Below, one piece after another: positions 24,763 to 32,400 of a DNA stretch of 35,112 bases (the stretch's first letter is position 1; every line of letters begins with the position of its first letter). Location of the stretch: the NCBI GenBank assembly GCA_964654165.1, contig CAZZGN010000002.1, positions 1 to 35,112 of the forward strand. The letters run 5' to 3'. The position numbers and the translations under genes were made by a program. The notes below the pieces were generated by a model. The model saw only the letters and a list, made by a program, of their open reading frames with translations. It had not been told where the DNA came from and made no database searches. The stretch comes from an uncultured Methanosarcinales archaeon. GTDB taxonomy: Archaea; Nanobdellota; Nanobdellia; Woesearchaeales; CAZZGN01.

Positions 24763-25454
24763 TGAATCGAAGAAACTTTATTAAACTGGCTGGACTTGGA
24801 GCAATTGCTATTGCAACTCCTGGATGCGGAAGATACATAGTTGAAACAGTTAGGGATCAGTTAAGAAAAGATTACGAATTTTTGTTCAGTCTGGGTAAGC
24901 ATATTGAAGTTTGTGAGATGAGAATAGGTCAAAGGTCTGCAAAGGGTTGTGGAATAGTTGTTGATGGTATGTATCGGACAATGGAACATATCGGAAGGGT
25001 CAGAGTTAATCAGATGTTTCCAATTTTTGAAAATGTAGATATCTATTTGAAGGGTGTAAAAGCTGAACTTATTGGAATGGAAAAAAGTAATGATACTGCT
25101 CTTTATGAGCTTCCTAAATATAAAACTATTCCTGGAGGAAGGGTTGCACTTCACTTTGAAGAGTTTCCTCTGGATAGAAGTGATGATTATCATCTTGGTC
25201 AGCTCGTGGGATGTGTTGGAAGTCCAGCAATGGATGGAATAAGGGTAATGCAGGGACGAATCACTGATCTTGATGGTTGGAGCGGTAAGAAAGGTAATGT
25301 TGGTACTGACATGAATTATATTGGGGGAGATTCAGCGGGTGCTATGGTTGGTTTAGAAGATAGAGTTCTTCTTGGACAGAATAGTTTTAACCTGGCAGAC
25401 AAGCAAGGATACTTTATTAAACAGGATGAATGGGAAAAGTTATATAGAAATTAA
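24762..25454 (+). CDS. trypsin-like serine peptidase with twin-arginine signal and lipobox-like cysteine
   Basis: 230 aa. The N-terminus MNRRNFIKLAGLGAIAIATPGCG has the Tat RRxFxK motif, an h-region and a Cys. The candidate triad is His76 (TMEHIG), Asp111 (NDTALYEL) and Ser191 (GGDSAGA). A TAATG overlap couples it to the upstream gene. Confidence 0.68.
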   Translation: MNRRNFIKLAGLGAIAIATPGCGRYIVETVRDQLRKDYEFLFSLGKHIEVCEMRIGQRSAKGCGIVVDGMYRTMEHIGRVRVNQMFPIFENVDIYLKGVKAELIGMEKSNDTALYELPKYKTIPGGRVALHFEEFPLDRSDDYHLGQLVGCVGSPAMDGIRVMQGRITDLDGWSGKKGNVGTDMNYIGGDSAGAMVGLEDRVLLGQNSFNLADKQGYFIKQDEWEKLYRN

Positions 25455-25476
25455 TCGCAAATGTTATAAATAAGAA
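25455..25476 (+). promoter_or_regulatory. recurrent promoter-like motif TCGCAAATGTTATAAATAAGAA
   Basis: It starts 1 nt after the upstream stop. TTATAAAT starts 32 nt upstream of ATG 25496, and no SD is present. Confidence 0.55.
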
Positions 25477-25495
25477 AAATAATTAAATATATAAA

Positions 25496-26401
25496 ATGGG
25501 ACTTGAGCCACAACAAGATACAAAAACTATAAGTGCTTCTAATATGACTGGAGCATCCGGATCTTTAAATCGAGTTTATACTCTTGATACTTCTGATAGT
25601 ATTTCTGAACAGTTTAATCTTAAGCTTAATGGCGCAATATACCAACCTGATGTACATTTCACTAAATCAGGTGATGATGTGACATTTTTGATTGAAGTTT
25701 TTGATGGCCAACCTTTAACTATTGATTACTGGACGAGAACAGAAGGACCAAGTATTGGAGTAACTTATTGTACTGCTTCAGATGTTCAAAGAGTTATGCA
25801 GGTTAAGTTTGATTTTGCAACAGATACTTTTCCTTCTCTTGCACAGGTTAATAAATGGATCAATTGGGCTGAAGCAAAGATTGATATTGAAACTAAACAT
25901 GCCTGGCGAGAAGTAACTATTGAAGAACAGTATTATGATTTCCCGAAAAAAGAAAATTATGTTCGTCGTGAAGGATTAAGAATTAAGTTATTGCATAGGA
26001 GAATAAAAGAGTTTGATACAAGTGAAGGGGATAAGCTTGAAGTCTGGAATGGCCAGGAATGGGAAGATTGGATCACTGCTAAGACTGAAGGAAGAGCTGA
26101 TGATTTCTGGGTTGATTATAGGGATGGAGTGATGTATTTAAGGTTTGTTTATCCTTTTTATTTTCATAGAACTAAGGCTGTTAGAATGACTTATCGTTTT
26201 GGTGAGACAATTGTTCCAGGGGATATTAGTGATGCAGCTGCAATGCTTGTTGCAAGCAAAGTAGTTTTAAGTGACGATTATAGTCAGGTTCTTTCTGATA
26301 CAGGGGATCCTTCTCAGATGAATCATGATAGTCGAGCCACTCGTTGGAAGAATGAGGCTAATGAGACTATTTTGGATCATGTAGAGATTGTTAGTGTCTA
26401 A
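25496..26401 (+). CDS. head-tail adaptor (connector) protein with N-terminal extension
   Basis: 301 aa. The central YCTASDVQRVM...FPSLAQVNKWINWAEAKID resembles gp6/gp15-type head-tail connector signatures. It is the first gene of the neck/tail block. Confidence 0.5.
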   Translation: MGLEPQQDTKTISASNMTGASGSLNRVYTLDTSDSISEQFNLKLNGAIYQPDVHFTKSGDDVTFLIEVFDGQPLTIDYWTRTEGPSIGVTYCTASDVQRVMQVKFDFATDTFPSLAQVNKWINWAEAKIDIETKHAWREVTIEEQYYDFPKKENYVRREGLRIKLLHRRIKEFDTSEGDKLEVWNGQEWEDWITAKTEGRADDFWVDYRDGVMYLRFVYPFYFHRTKAVRMTYRFGETIVPGDISDAAAMLVASKVVLSDDYSQVLSDTGDPSQMNHDSRATRWKNEANETILDHVEIVSV

Positions 26402-26414
26402 TTCTTTATTAATG

Positions 26415-26442
26415 ACCAAATTGTTAAGGTTAACAAATTGGT
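26415..26442 (+). terminator. near-perfect inverted repeat (hairpin) after the adaptor gene
   Basis: ACCAAATTGTTAA/TTAACAAATTGGT forms a 13-position stem with one mismatch. There is no clear T-tract, so it may act as an attenuator or stabiliser rather than a terminator. Confidence 0.35.
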
Positions 26443-26446
26443 ATTT

Positions 26447-26469
26447 GCCGATAATGTTATAAATAAGAA
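26447..26469 (+). promoter_or_regulatory. recurrent promoter-like motif GCCGATAATGTTATAAATAAGAA
   Basis: It is an exact 23-nt match to the copy at 14930-14952. It lies 44 nt upstream of ATG 26513. Confidence 0.5.
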
Positions 26470-26512
26470 TGATCTATATCTAAATTAATTAGTATGTATG
26501 TGAGAAAATAAA

Positions 26513-26947
26513 ATGGGATTTGATCCGTTACAGTTTATATTAGATATTTTATCTAATGATTGGAATACTTCTAATACAGATGGTACTAAACCTACTTTTG
26601 GTAAAATTACAGATTATAAAAGAATTAATTATAATGAAAGTCCTGATTGGGTTCTTGCGCATAGATCTCCAAAAAGTAAGAAACCTGCAGGTGTTGGGAC
26701 TGGTTCAAAAAATCAGGTTTATGAGTTTAATCTTGATATTAGGACTACAGGAAGAACTAATGAGGATCATTTTTATAATATGGTTGAAGAAGTTGAAAGG
26801 ATCCTTGATGCTAACATAGTGCAGGATAATGCAAATGTCACGATTATTAATCCGGATAATGATGATACTGATCTTTCAGATAAGAGTCATTATTTCTGGA
26901 GGAGTTTATTAACTGTTAAACTTGAAAAATATGCAAAAACGAGATAA
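26513..26947 (+). CDS. neck/tail-completion protein (positional)
   Basis: 144 aa, between the adaptor and tail tube genes. Its size and position fit head-closure or tail-completion proteins. Confidence 0.4.
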   Translation: MGFDPLQFILDILSNDWNTSNTDGTKPTFGKITDYKRINYNESPDWVLAHRSPKSKKPAGVGTGSKNQVYEFNLDIRTTGRTNEDHFYNMVEEVERILDANIVQDNANVTIINPDNDDTDLSDKSHYFWRSLLTVKLEKYAKTR

Positions 26948-26958
26948 GGGTGTAAATC

Positions 26959-27348
26959 ATGGAAGATGAATTAATATATATTAAAAGCAAACAACAAGGA
27001 GTAAGTCTTAAACATAATGGTGTTCCAAATTTTCAGATAGAAATCGGATCTGATCCGGTTGCAGTGATTCGTCATGTTGCAGAATTTTTGGTTCTTGATA
27101 AGCCAAATATGATTAGTGCTTGTGATGAGAAAGGAAAGGATATCAAGATTGATTTTAAGATCATGAACAAAGAAGAGTTCTTTGCAGAAAAACAGAAGGT
27201 TCTTGATAAACTTAATTTTGAGAAGAAAGTTGCGGCTGAACCTAAACTGTCTGAGGAAAGTAAGGCAAGAGTTAAAGATTTTGCTGAAGATCTGGCAGAT
27301 GATGGAAAAAGGAACAGATCAAATAAGAAGAAAAAGGAGAGTGAATAA
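26959..27348 (+). CDS. hypothetical neck/tail-associated protein
   Basis: 129 aa with a Lys/Glu-rich C-terminus. It lies directly upstream of the tail tube gene. Confidence 0.4.
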   Translation: MEDELIYIKSKQQGVSLKHNGVPNFQIEIGSDPVAVIRHVAEFLVLDKPNMISACDEKGKDIKIDFKIMNKEEFFAEKQKVLDKLNFEKKVAAEPKLSEESKARVKDFAEDLADDGKRNRSNKKKKESE

Positions 27349-27350
27349 AA

Positions 27351-28295
27351 ATGACTTATCCAGGAATGGTTAAAACTGTCCTTATAGGGCAAGAAAGCGC
27401 ATGGGGAACAGCAGTTACAGCAGATAAAGATGTTGGTCTTGTTCAAGAAATAAGCGATAATTTCACAAGAGAAATAAAAGAGACAGGTGCAGCAGGAAGT
27501 ATTCAGACTCAAAAGGTAACATCAGGAATGTTTGATCCTGGATCTTCTATTACTGTAGACTTTCAGCATGGCAGATTACTTGAGTATGCTTTGGGAGCAG
27601 TTGCTCATCTTGAGACAACAGGAGATTGGACACATACTTTCACAGTAAGTAACACACCCCCAAGTTTCACACTTGAATCAGGAAACAATCTTACTACAGA
27701 TACAGTCTTGACTGGTGCAGGATTCCTTGCAGAAACAACAGAGTTAAGTATTGCGCTTAATGAAAATCTAAAGATTAAGATTGATGTTAAAGGAAAAACA
27801 ACAACTTCAAGTGCATCAGCAGGAGCAGCAGTTATTTCAGCACTTACAGTATTTCCGCATGCTCTTTGCTCAGTATCAATTGGGGGATCTCCAGAGACAG
27901 AAGTTCAGAATTTCAGTATAAAGATTAATTCAATTGTTGACAGAAGTGGTGGAGTTGGAAGTAATCTTTATCAGCAAGGACATGTTGTTGAGATGAAATT
28001 TGAGTTTAGTGGAACTCTTGGTTTTGCTGATAAGGATTTACAAGAGCTTTATCTTGGAGGAAGTACACCAAGCGCAACAAGTGATCCATCAGGTATTGCG
28101 GTTGTTCTTGCAGCAGATAATGGAACTGCTCTCGGAAGCGGAGAAAGAAGTATGGATTTTGCTTTACAAAGTTGTATTATGAGTACTTTTGATGAGGTTG
28201 CAACTCTTGGAGGACTTACATTTGTTGATATTGTAGGAGCAGGAATATTCAATACTTGCACAAGTGTTGATAATATTGCAAGTGCTGCATGGTAA
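27351..28295 (+). CDS. major tail (tube) protein
   Basis: 314 aa, Gly/Ala/Thr-rich. It sits immediately upstream of the chaperone pair and tape measure gene. There is no sheath-sized gene nearby, implying a non-contractile tail. Confidence 0.62.
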   Translation: MTYPGMVKTVLIGQESAWGTAVTADKDVGLVQEISDNFTREIKETGAAGSIQTQKVTSGMFDPGSSITVDFQHGRLLEYALGAVAHLETTGDWTHTFTVSNTPPSFTLESGNNLTTDTVLTGAGFLAETTELSIALNENLKIKIDVKGKTTTSSASAGAAVISALTVFPHALCSVSIGGSPETEVQNFSIKINSIVDRSGGVGSNLYQQGHVVEMKFEFSGTLGFADKDLQELYLGGSTPSATSDPSGIAVVLAADNGTALGSGERSMDFALQSCIMSTFDEVATLGGLTFVDIVGAGIFNTCTSVDNIASAAW

Positions 28296-28329
28296 TAACA
28301 AAAAAATAAGACATTGGAGGATGAGCTTA

Positions 28330-28635
28330 ATGAAAATAAAAATATTAAAAGAAGAAAAAGAAGTTGAGATTGATGCAAAGAATCCTAAAGGCAGAGATGT
28401 AAAGAAAGGATTTAAACTTTTCACATCAATATCAAAAGATGGGGAAGAAAATCTTGATAAGCTTAATGATTACATGGATTTTTTGGATGAATTAACTGCA
28501 CAGTATTGTGGTATGAATGTTGAAAAACTTGATGATTTAGATACTGATGAGAAACAAAAGCTTGTTGCTTTTTATCAGGAAAAGATTCAAGGAAAGATGG
28601 ATTTTTTGAGGTCCTCGTTGAAGTTGGAAAATTAA
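28330..28635 (+). CDS. tail assembly chaperone (gpG-like)
   Basis: I prefer ATG 28330 (GGAGG 9 nt upstream). The protein is 101 aa and acidic, located between the tube and tape measure genes. It contains a slippery heptamer near its 3' end. Confidence 0.6.
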   Translation: MKIKILKEEKEVEIDAKNPKGRDVKKGFKLFTSISKDGEENLDKLNDYMDFLDELTAQYCGMNVEKLDDLDTDEKQKLVAFYQEKIQGKMDFLRSSLKLEN

Positions 28636-28853
28636 GAGCTTCAGACCATACAGGTATTATTGAGCTTATGATTCAACGAGGTAAACCCTGGGAACATTTC
28701 CGAGAAGATATTATTGAAGCGACTCAGTATATGTGTTTTGCTGAAGCGTTCAATTGGGATGATAAAAAGGTTGATGCATTGGATCCTGATAAAAGACTTA
28801 TGTATCTGGCTTTAATGAAAGGATCAGAACTTGGAAGCAAGGAAGATAAATGA
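28330..28853 (+). CDS. tail assembly chaperone frameshift product (gpGT-like, via -1 slip at 28602-28608)
   Basis: The downstream ORF (track 28668..28853) is in the -1 frame relative to 28330..28635 and has no RBS of its own. The fusion would read ...QGKMDFFEVLVEVGKLRASDHTGIIELMIQRGKPWEHF..., roughly 175 aa. Confidence 0.5.
28602..28608 (+). promoter_or_regulatory. -1 programmed ribosomal frameshift slippery site T_TTT_TTG
   Basis: The X_XXY_YYZ heptamer is in the zero frame of the chaperone ORF (GAT TTT TTG). I checked that the -1 frame is open from at least 28560 through the stop at 28853. Confidence 0.55.
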
Positions 28854-28859
28854 TAAAAA

Positions 28860-29939
28860 ATGGCTGAACTAAAACTTAAAATTTTTGGAGACTTGGATAA
28901 GCTTAGAGCTGATCTTAAGAAGTTGATGAAAGAGAAGTTTAATATAGGTGTAGAATCAAAAGGTGGTGTTGCAGGAGGAGCAGGTGGTGGAGGTAAAGGA
29001 AAAGAACAGAAAAAACAATCTGGTTTCTTGGGTGGTATTCTTAAAGCTTTACTTCCTTTGGCTTTGCTTTCAAGTATTAAACCAATAGCTGATCTGTTGC
29101 AAATAATTTCTGGATTTATAGGATTGTTCTTTTTGTTATTTCTTAAGTGGAGCAAGATTTTAATTGAAAAAATTAAAGAGATATGGCCCAAGATTGTTGA
29201 ATGGATTAAGAATCTTCCAGGAAAGATTTGGGAGTTTTTAAAGAATCTGGCTCCTAAGATTTGGGACTTCTTGAAGCTTGGTTTTGATTGGGTTGTCAAA
29301 AAACTTATTGCTTTAAAAAATAAATTAGTCGAGAAATTCTTGGAACTTAAAGATAGATTTATTGAGAAGATAGTTCAGTTTAAAGAAAGTCTTATAGAAA
29401 AAGTTCTTACTTTATGGCAATCAATAGTTGATTTGAAGGATAGACTGGTTGCAAAGTTTAATGAGTTAAAGGATAAGTTTGTTGAAAAGATAGTTTCTTT
29501 GAGAAATAAGTTTGTTGAGAAAATTAAAGATCTTAGAGATAAGTTTGTTGAAAAATTAAAGTTATTGAAGGATAAGTTTGTTGAAAAATTTGATTTATTG
29601 AAAACAAAACTTATTGAGATTAGGGATAAAATATTTGCGCTTCCTGAAAGGATATGGGAAAAGATTAAGGGTTTAGGTAGTATTATTGCAAGTGCTATTT
29701 CAGGATTGATTCCAGATATTTTTAGAAATGGAAAAGAGGATACTGTTGATGATGCTATTATTAAACCTAATGGCCAGATTATAAGAACTAATCCTAATGA
29801 TACAATTATTGCAACACAAAACCCGAGTGGTGTTGGTGGTGGAATGACTGTTAATATGTATGGTGTGACCAGTGAGAGAATGATCCAGGAAGTAGAAAGA
29901 AGGTTGGCAACAAAAGTTAATAGCTTTGGGAGGTTTTGA
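28860..29939 (+). CDS. tape measure protein (short)
   Basis: 359 aa, positioned after the chaperone pair. It has a Gly-rich segment, hydrophobic segments (FLGGILKALLPLALL..., GFIGLFFLLFL) and a long helical tandem-repeat core. Confidence 0.78.
   Translation: MAELKLKIFGDLDKLRADLKKLMKEKFNIGVESKGGVAGGAGGGGKGKEQKKQSGFLGGILKALLPLALLSSIKPIADLLQIISGFIGLFFLLFLKWSKILIEKIKEIWPKIVEWIKNLPGKIWEFLKNLAPKIWDFLKLGFDWVVKKLIALKNKLVEKFLELKDRFIEKIVQFKESLIEKVLTLWQSIVDLKDRLVAKFNELKDKFVEKIVSLRNKFVEKIKDLRDKFVEKLKLLKDKFVEKFDLLKTKLIEIRDKIFALPERIWEKIKGLGSIIASAISGLIPDIFRNGKEDTVDDAIIKPNGQIIRTNPNDTIIATQNPSGVGGGMTVNMYGVTSERMIQEVERRLATKVNSFGRF
29298..29645 (+). repeat. tandem 33-bp (11-aa) coding repeats in the tape measure gene
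   Basis: ATAAGTTTGTTGA(A/G)AA occurs at 29473, 29506, 29539 and 29572, with exact 33-nt spacing. At protein level there are about 10 units of the L(K/R)(D/N)KFVEK(I/L)xx type. Confidence 0.85.
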
Positions 29940-30400
29940 AATTGGCTGCACTCACAGTATTAGTAATTCAAAACAATGATAATAATAAAATATTTAGTTT
30001 TAGAGGAGTTGAGTTTACTCCAAGAAAAAGACAGAACACAATTAGTATTCCAATTGTAAATGCTTCTGCAGCAAACAATGTTTTGTTTAGGTTCTTTGGA
30101 CAAGAGGAATCAGTAACATTTTCTTTTGCATTATTTAATGATGGAGTTGATGTTAGTAATGGAACAGAAGCAGGAGGAATTACAACTATTGCTGAACAAA
30201 TACAATATTTAAAAGATACTATTTTTACAGAAAACTTTGATGTTGACTGGGATTTATGGGATACGCTTGATCTTGTTTATCCTGATACTGCACCTATATC
30301 TGGAGTTATTGAGGATCTTGCTTTACCTATAAGGGAAGGATCTGTTCAGGTTGTTGTTGGAAATATGGCATTTAAGAGAGGAAGAATCGGAGCATTATAA
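29936..30400 (+). CDS. distal tail protein (Dit-like, positional)
   Basis: 154 aa. The TTG start overlaps the tape measure stop, with GGGAGG just upstream. It is the first gene after the tape measure gene. Confidence 0.5.
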   Translation: MKLAALTVLVIQNNDNNKIFSFRGVEFTPRKRQNTISIPIVNASAANNVLFRFFGQEESVTFSFALFNDGVDVSNGTEAGGITTIAEQIQYLKDTIFTENFDVDWDLWDTLDLVYPDTAPISGVIEDLALPIREGSVQVVVGNMAFKRGRIGAL

Positions 30401-32400
30401 TGGCAACAGTAAATGAGAGTATAACAATATTTAAGGGAGCAACCAAGCTTAATTATTCAGGACTTATAATGGTTGAGACTAATGATAATATTGTTAATCA
30501 AGCAGATTTTGATATGGAAGCAGATGCAAATGTTACTACAGGATCAGTTATTGATTTTAAAAAAAGTGATGAGAGTACAACTATTTTCTCTGCAAAAGTT
30601 AAGGAGATAAAAGAGTTATTTATGTGGGGGGTTAATGCTAAAACTAATGGGTATGAATTGTTAAATACTCGTGTTGAGCAAGTGTATACAAATGTGAGTC
30701 CAGAGTTTATTGTTCAGGACGTGATTGATAATTATACAGTTAATTTGACTTATGATAGTACTTATGCATCAGGGATTGTTCTTGATAAATATATTGCTCA
30801 AGCTTACGGAATTGATGTCATTCTTGATATGATGACAATGATTAATGCAAGACTCAGAATTGATTACTTGGATAATGCAACATTTGAAGAGAAAGGTGGA
30901 GTAAATAATGGTAGGACTTTCACAAATGGAACTGATATTGACTTGACTAATTGGGATACAGATGAAGATGCGATGTGCAATCATGTCAGAGTTATTGGAG
31001 GTTTTGAAAATATTGAAACTTCTCAGACAGTAACAGGAGTAGGGACAACTTTCACTTTGAGTCATAAGCCTGCAGGAACATTTATTGCTTTTACTAATGA
31101 TGGAGGAACAGAGATCAGTCCTGAAGATTATACTGTAAATGCTGATGAGTCACAAGTTGTTTTTACAAATTCTCAAACAAATCCTTTTTTTGAATATAGT
31201 TATAATCGTCCTGTGGTTGTTGAGTACCAAGATGATGATAGTATAAATTCGTCTGCAGGAGAAATATTTAGGGAGATATCTGCTCCTTGGCTGAATACCA
31301 GAACGGTTGCTCTTCAGTATGCAAGAAGTTATGTTGATGAAAGAAAGAATCCTTTAGAAACTGTCATGGGTACAGAACCAGGGCTTAATTTTGATATACT
31401 TCCAAATGAAATAATTGTTGTTGATGATCCGGTACGTGGAAAAACTGCTCAAGAAATGGTTGTAACAGTTATTAGGAGAAGGCCTGCTGAAGGAGTTACT
31501 GAGTATGAGATGGGTCCACGTTTATCTGTTTATTATGATTGGGCTGCAGAAGTTCAGGACAGGATTAAAAAGATTGAAAGAAGAATTACAAATGAAGATG
31601 ATATAAGTTTTGCAAGATTCTTTGCACATCTTATGAACACAGAACTTACTCTTACGCTTACTCAGCAATATGCAAGCCCAAATAATAGTGCTTTAACAGA
31701 TCATATAACTCTTGGAATAGTTAGGGCTGATAGGAATACTGAGCCAGATTGTGCAAGAAATAGTAATACTGGAACCTGGAGCGGAACAGGAATAGGTGGA
31801 AGTCAGTATGTGAGTGATGGAGCAAGACTTCATGCAGGAAACTTTAATGGAAGTGATAGGAAAATAACTGTTTCTGATGATTCAAGTATTGATCTTACAA
31901 GCGATTTCACTATTGGTTTCTGGGTTAGAGTCACACCTTTGCCTGGAGCAGAGAAATATTTGCTTAATAAATGGGATGGAATTGATGGATATGCTTGCAG
32001 AATAACAGCCAGTAATACCGTTGAATTGTTATATAGTGCCTTGGGTGTTCCTAATACTATTGCAACAACATCTGCTCTTACAAACAACGTATGGCATCAT
32101 ATTGCCTTTGTTAAGTCAGGAACAGATCTTATTGCTTATTTTGATGGAGTTAGTGATAATACTGATACCGGCGCAGCATCAGCAGGATTTAATAGTAATG
32201 ATCTTGTAATAGGAAATTATAGTACAAACTGGTTTGATGGAGACTTGGATGAGTTAAGGATATATGATGATGTGGTTAGTGCAGCAAACATTTTAGATAT
32301 CAAAAATAAGGAACAATATTTGGCAGATCTTGTTTGTTATCTTGCAATGGATGATCCAGTAACAGATGATAATTGGGGTTCGAAGGTGAATATAACATGA
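30400..32400 (+). CDS. tail tip/tail-associated protein with C-terminal LamG domain
   Basis: 666 aa, coupled to the upstream gene by TAATG. The C-terminal LamG signature is FTIGFWVR...WHHIAFVKSGTDLIAYFDG...LVIGNY...FDGDLDELRIYDDVVS. Confidence 0.6.
   Translation: MATVNESITIFKGATKLNYSGLIMVETNDNIVNQADFDMEADANVTTGSVIDFKKSDESTTIFSAKVKEIKELFMWGVNAKTNGYELLNTRVEQVYTNVSPEFIVQDVIDNYTVNLTYDSTYASGIVLDKYIAQAYGIDVILDMMTMINARLRIDYLDNATFEEKGGVNNGRTFTNGTDIDLTNWDTDEDAMCNHVRVIGGFENIETSQTVTGVGTTFTLSHKPAGTFIAFTNDGGTEISPEDYTVNADESQVVFTNSQTNPFFEYSYNRPVVVEYQDDDSINSSAGEIFREISAPWLNTRTVALQYARSYVDERKNPLETVMGTEPGLNFDILPNEIIVVDDPVRGKTAQEMVVTVIRRRPAEGVTEYEMGPRLSVYYDWAAEVQDRIKKIERRITNEDDISFARFFAHLMNTELTLTLTQQYASPNNSALTDHITLGIVRADRNTEPDCARNSNTGTWSGTGIGGSQYVSDGARLHAGNFNGSDRKITVSDDSSIDLTSDFTIGFWVRVTPLPGAEKYLLNKWDGIDGYACRITASNTVELLYSALGVPNTIATTSALTNNVWHHIAFVKSGTDLIAYFDGVSDNTDTGAASAGFNSNDLVIGNYSTNWFDGDLDELRIYDDVVSAANILDIKNKEQYLADLVCYLAMDDPVTDDNWGSKVNIT

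Noticed and set aside
29298-29645. The 33-bp periodic repeats, considered as a possible CRISPR-like array.
   Set aside because: The repeats are contiguous with no spacers and in frame within the tape measure ORF. They encode an 11-residue helical repeat.
22800-32290. A diversity-generating retroelement targeting the two LamG-domain genes (22045..24762 and 30400..32400).
   Set aside because: There is no reverse transcriptase ORF in the window. I found no template/variable repeat pair with adenine-specific mismatches.
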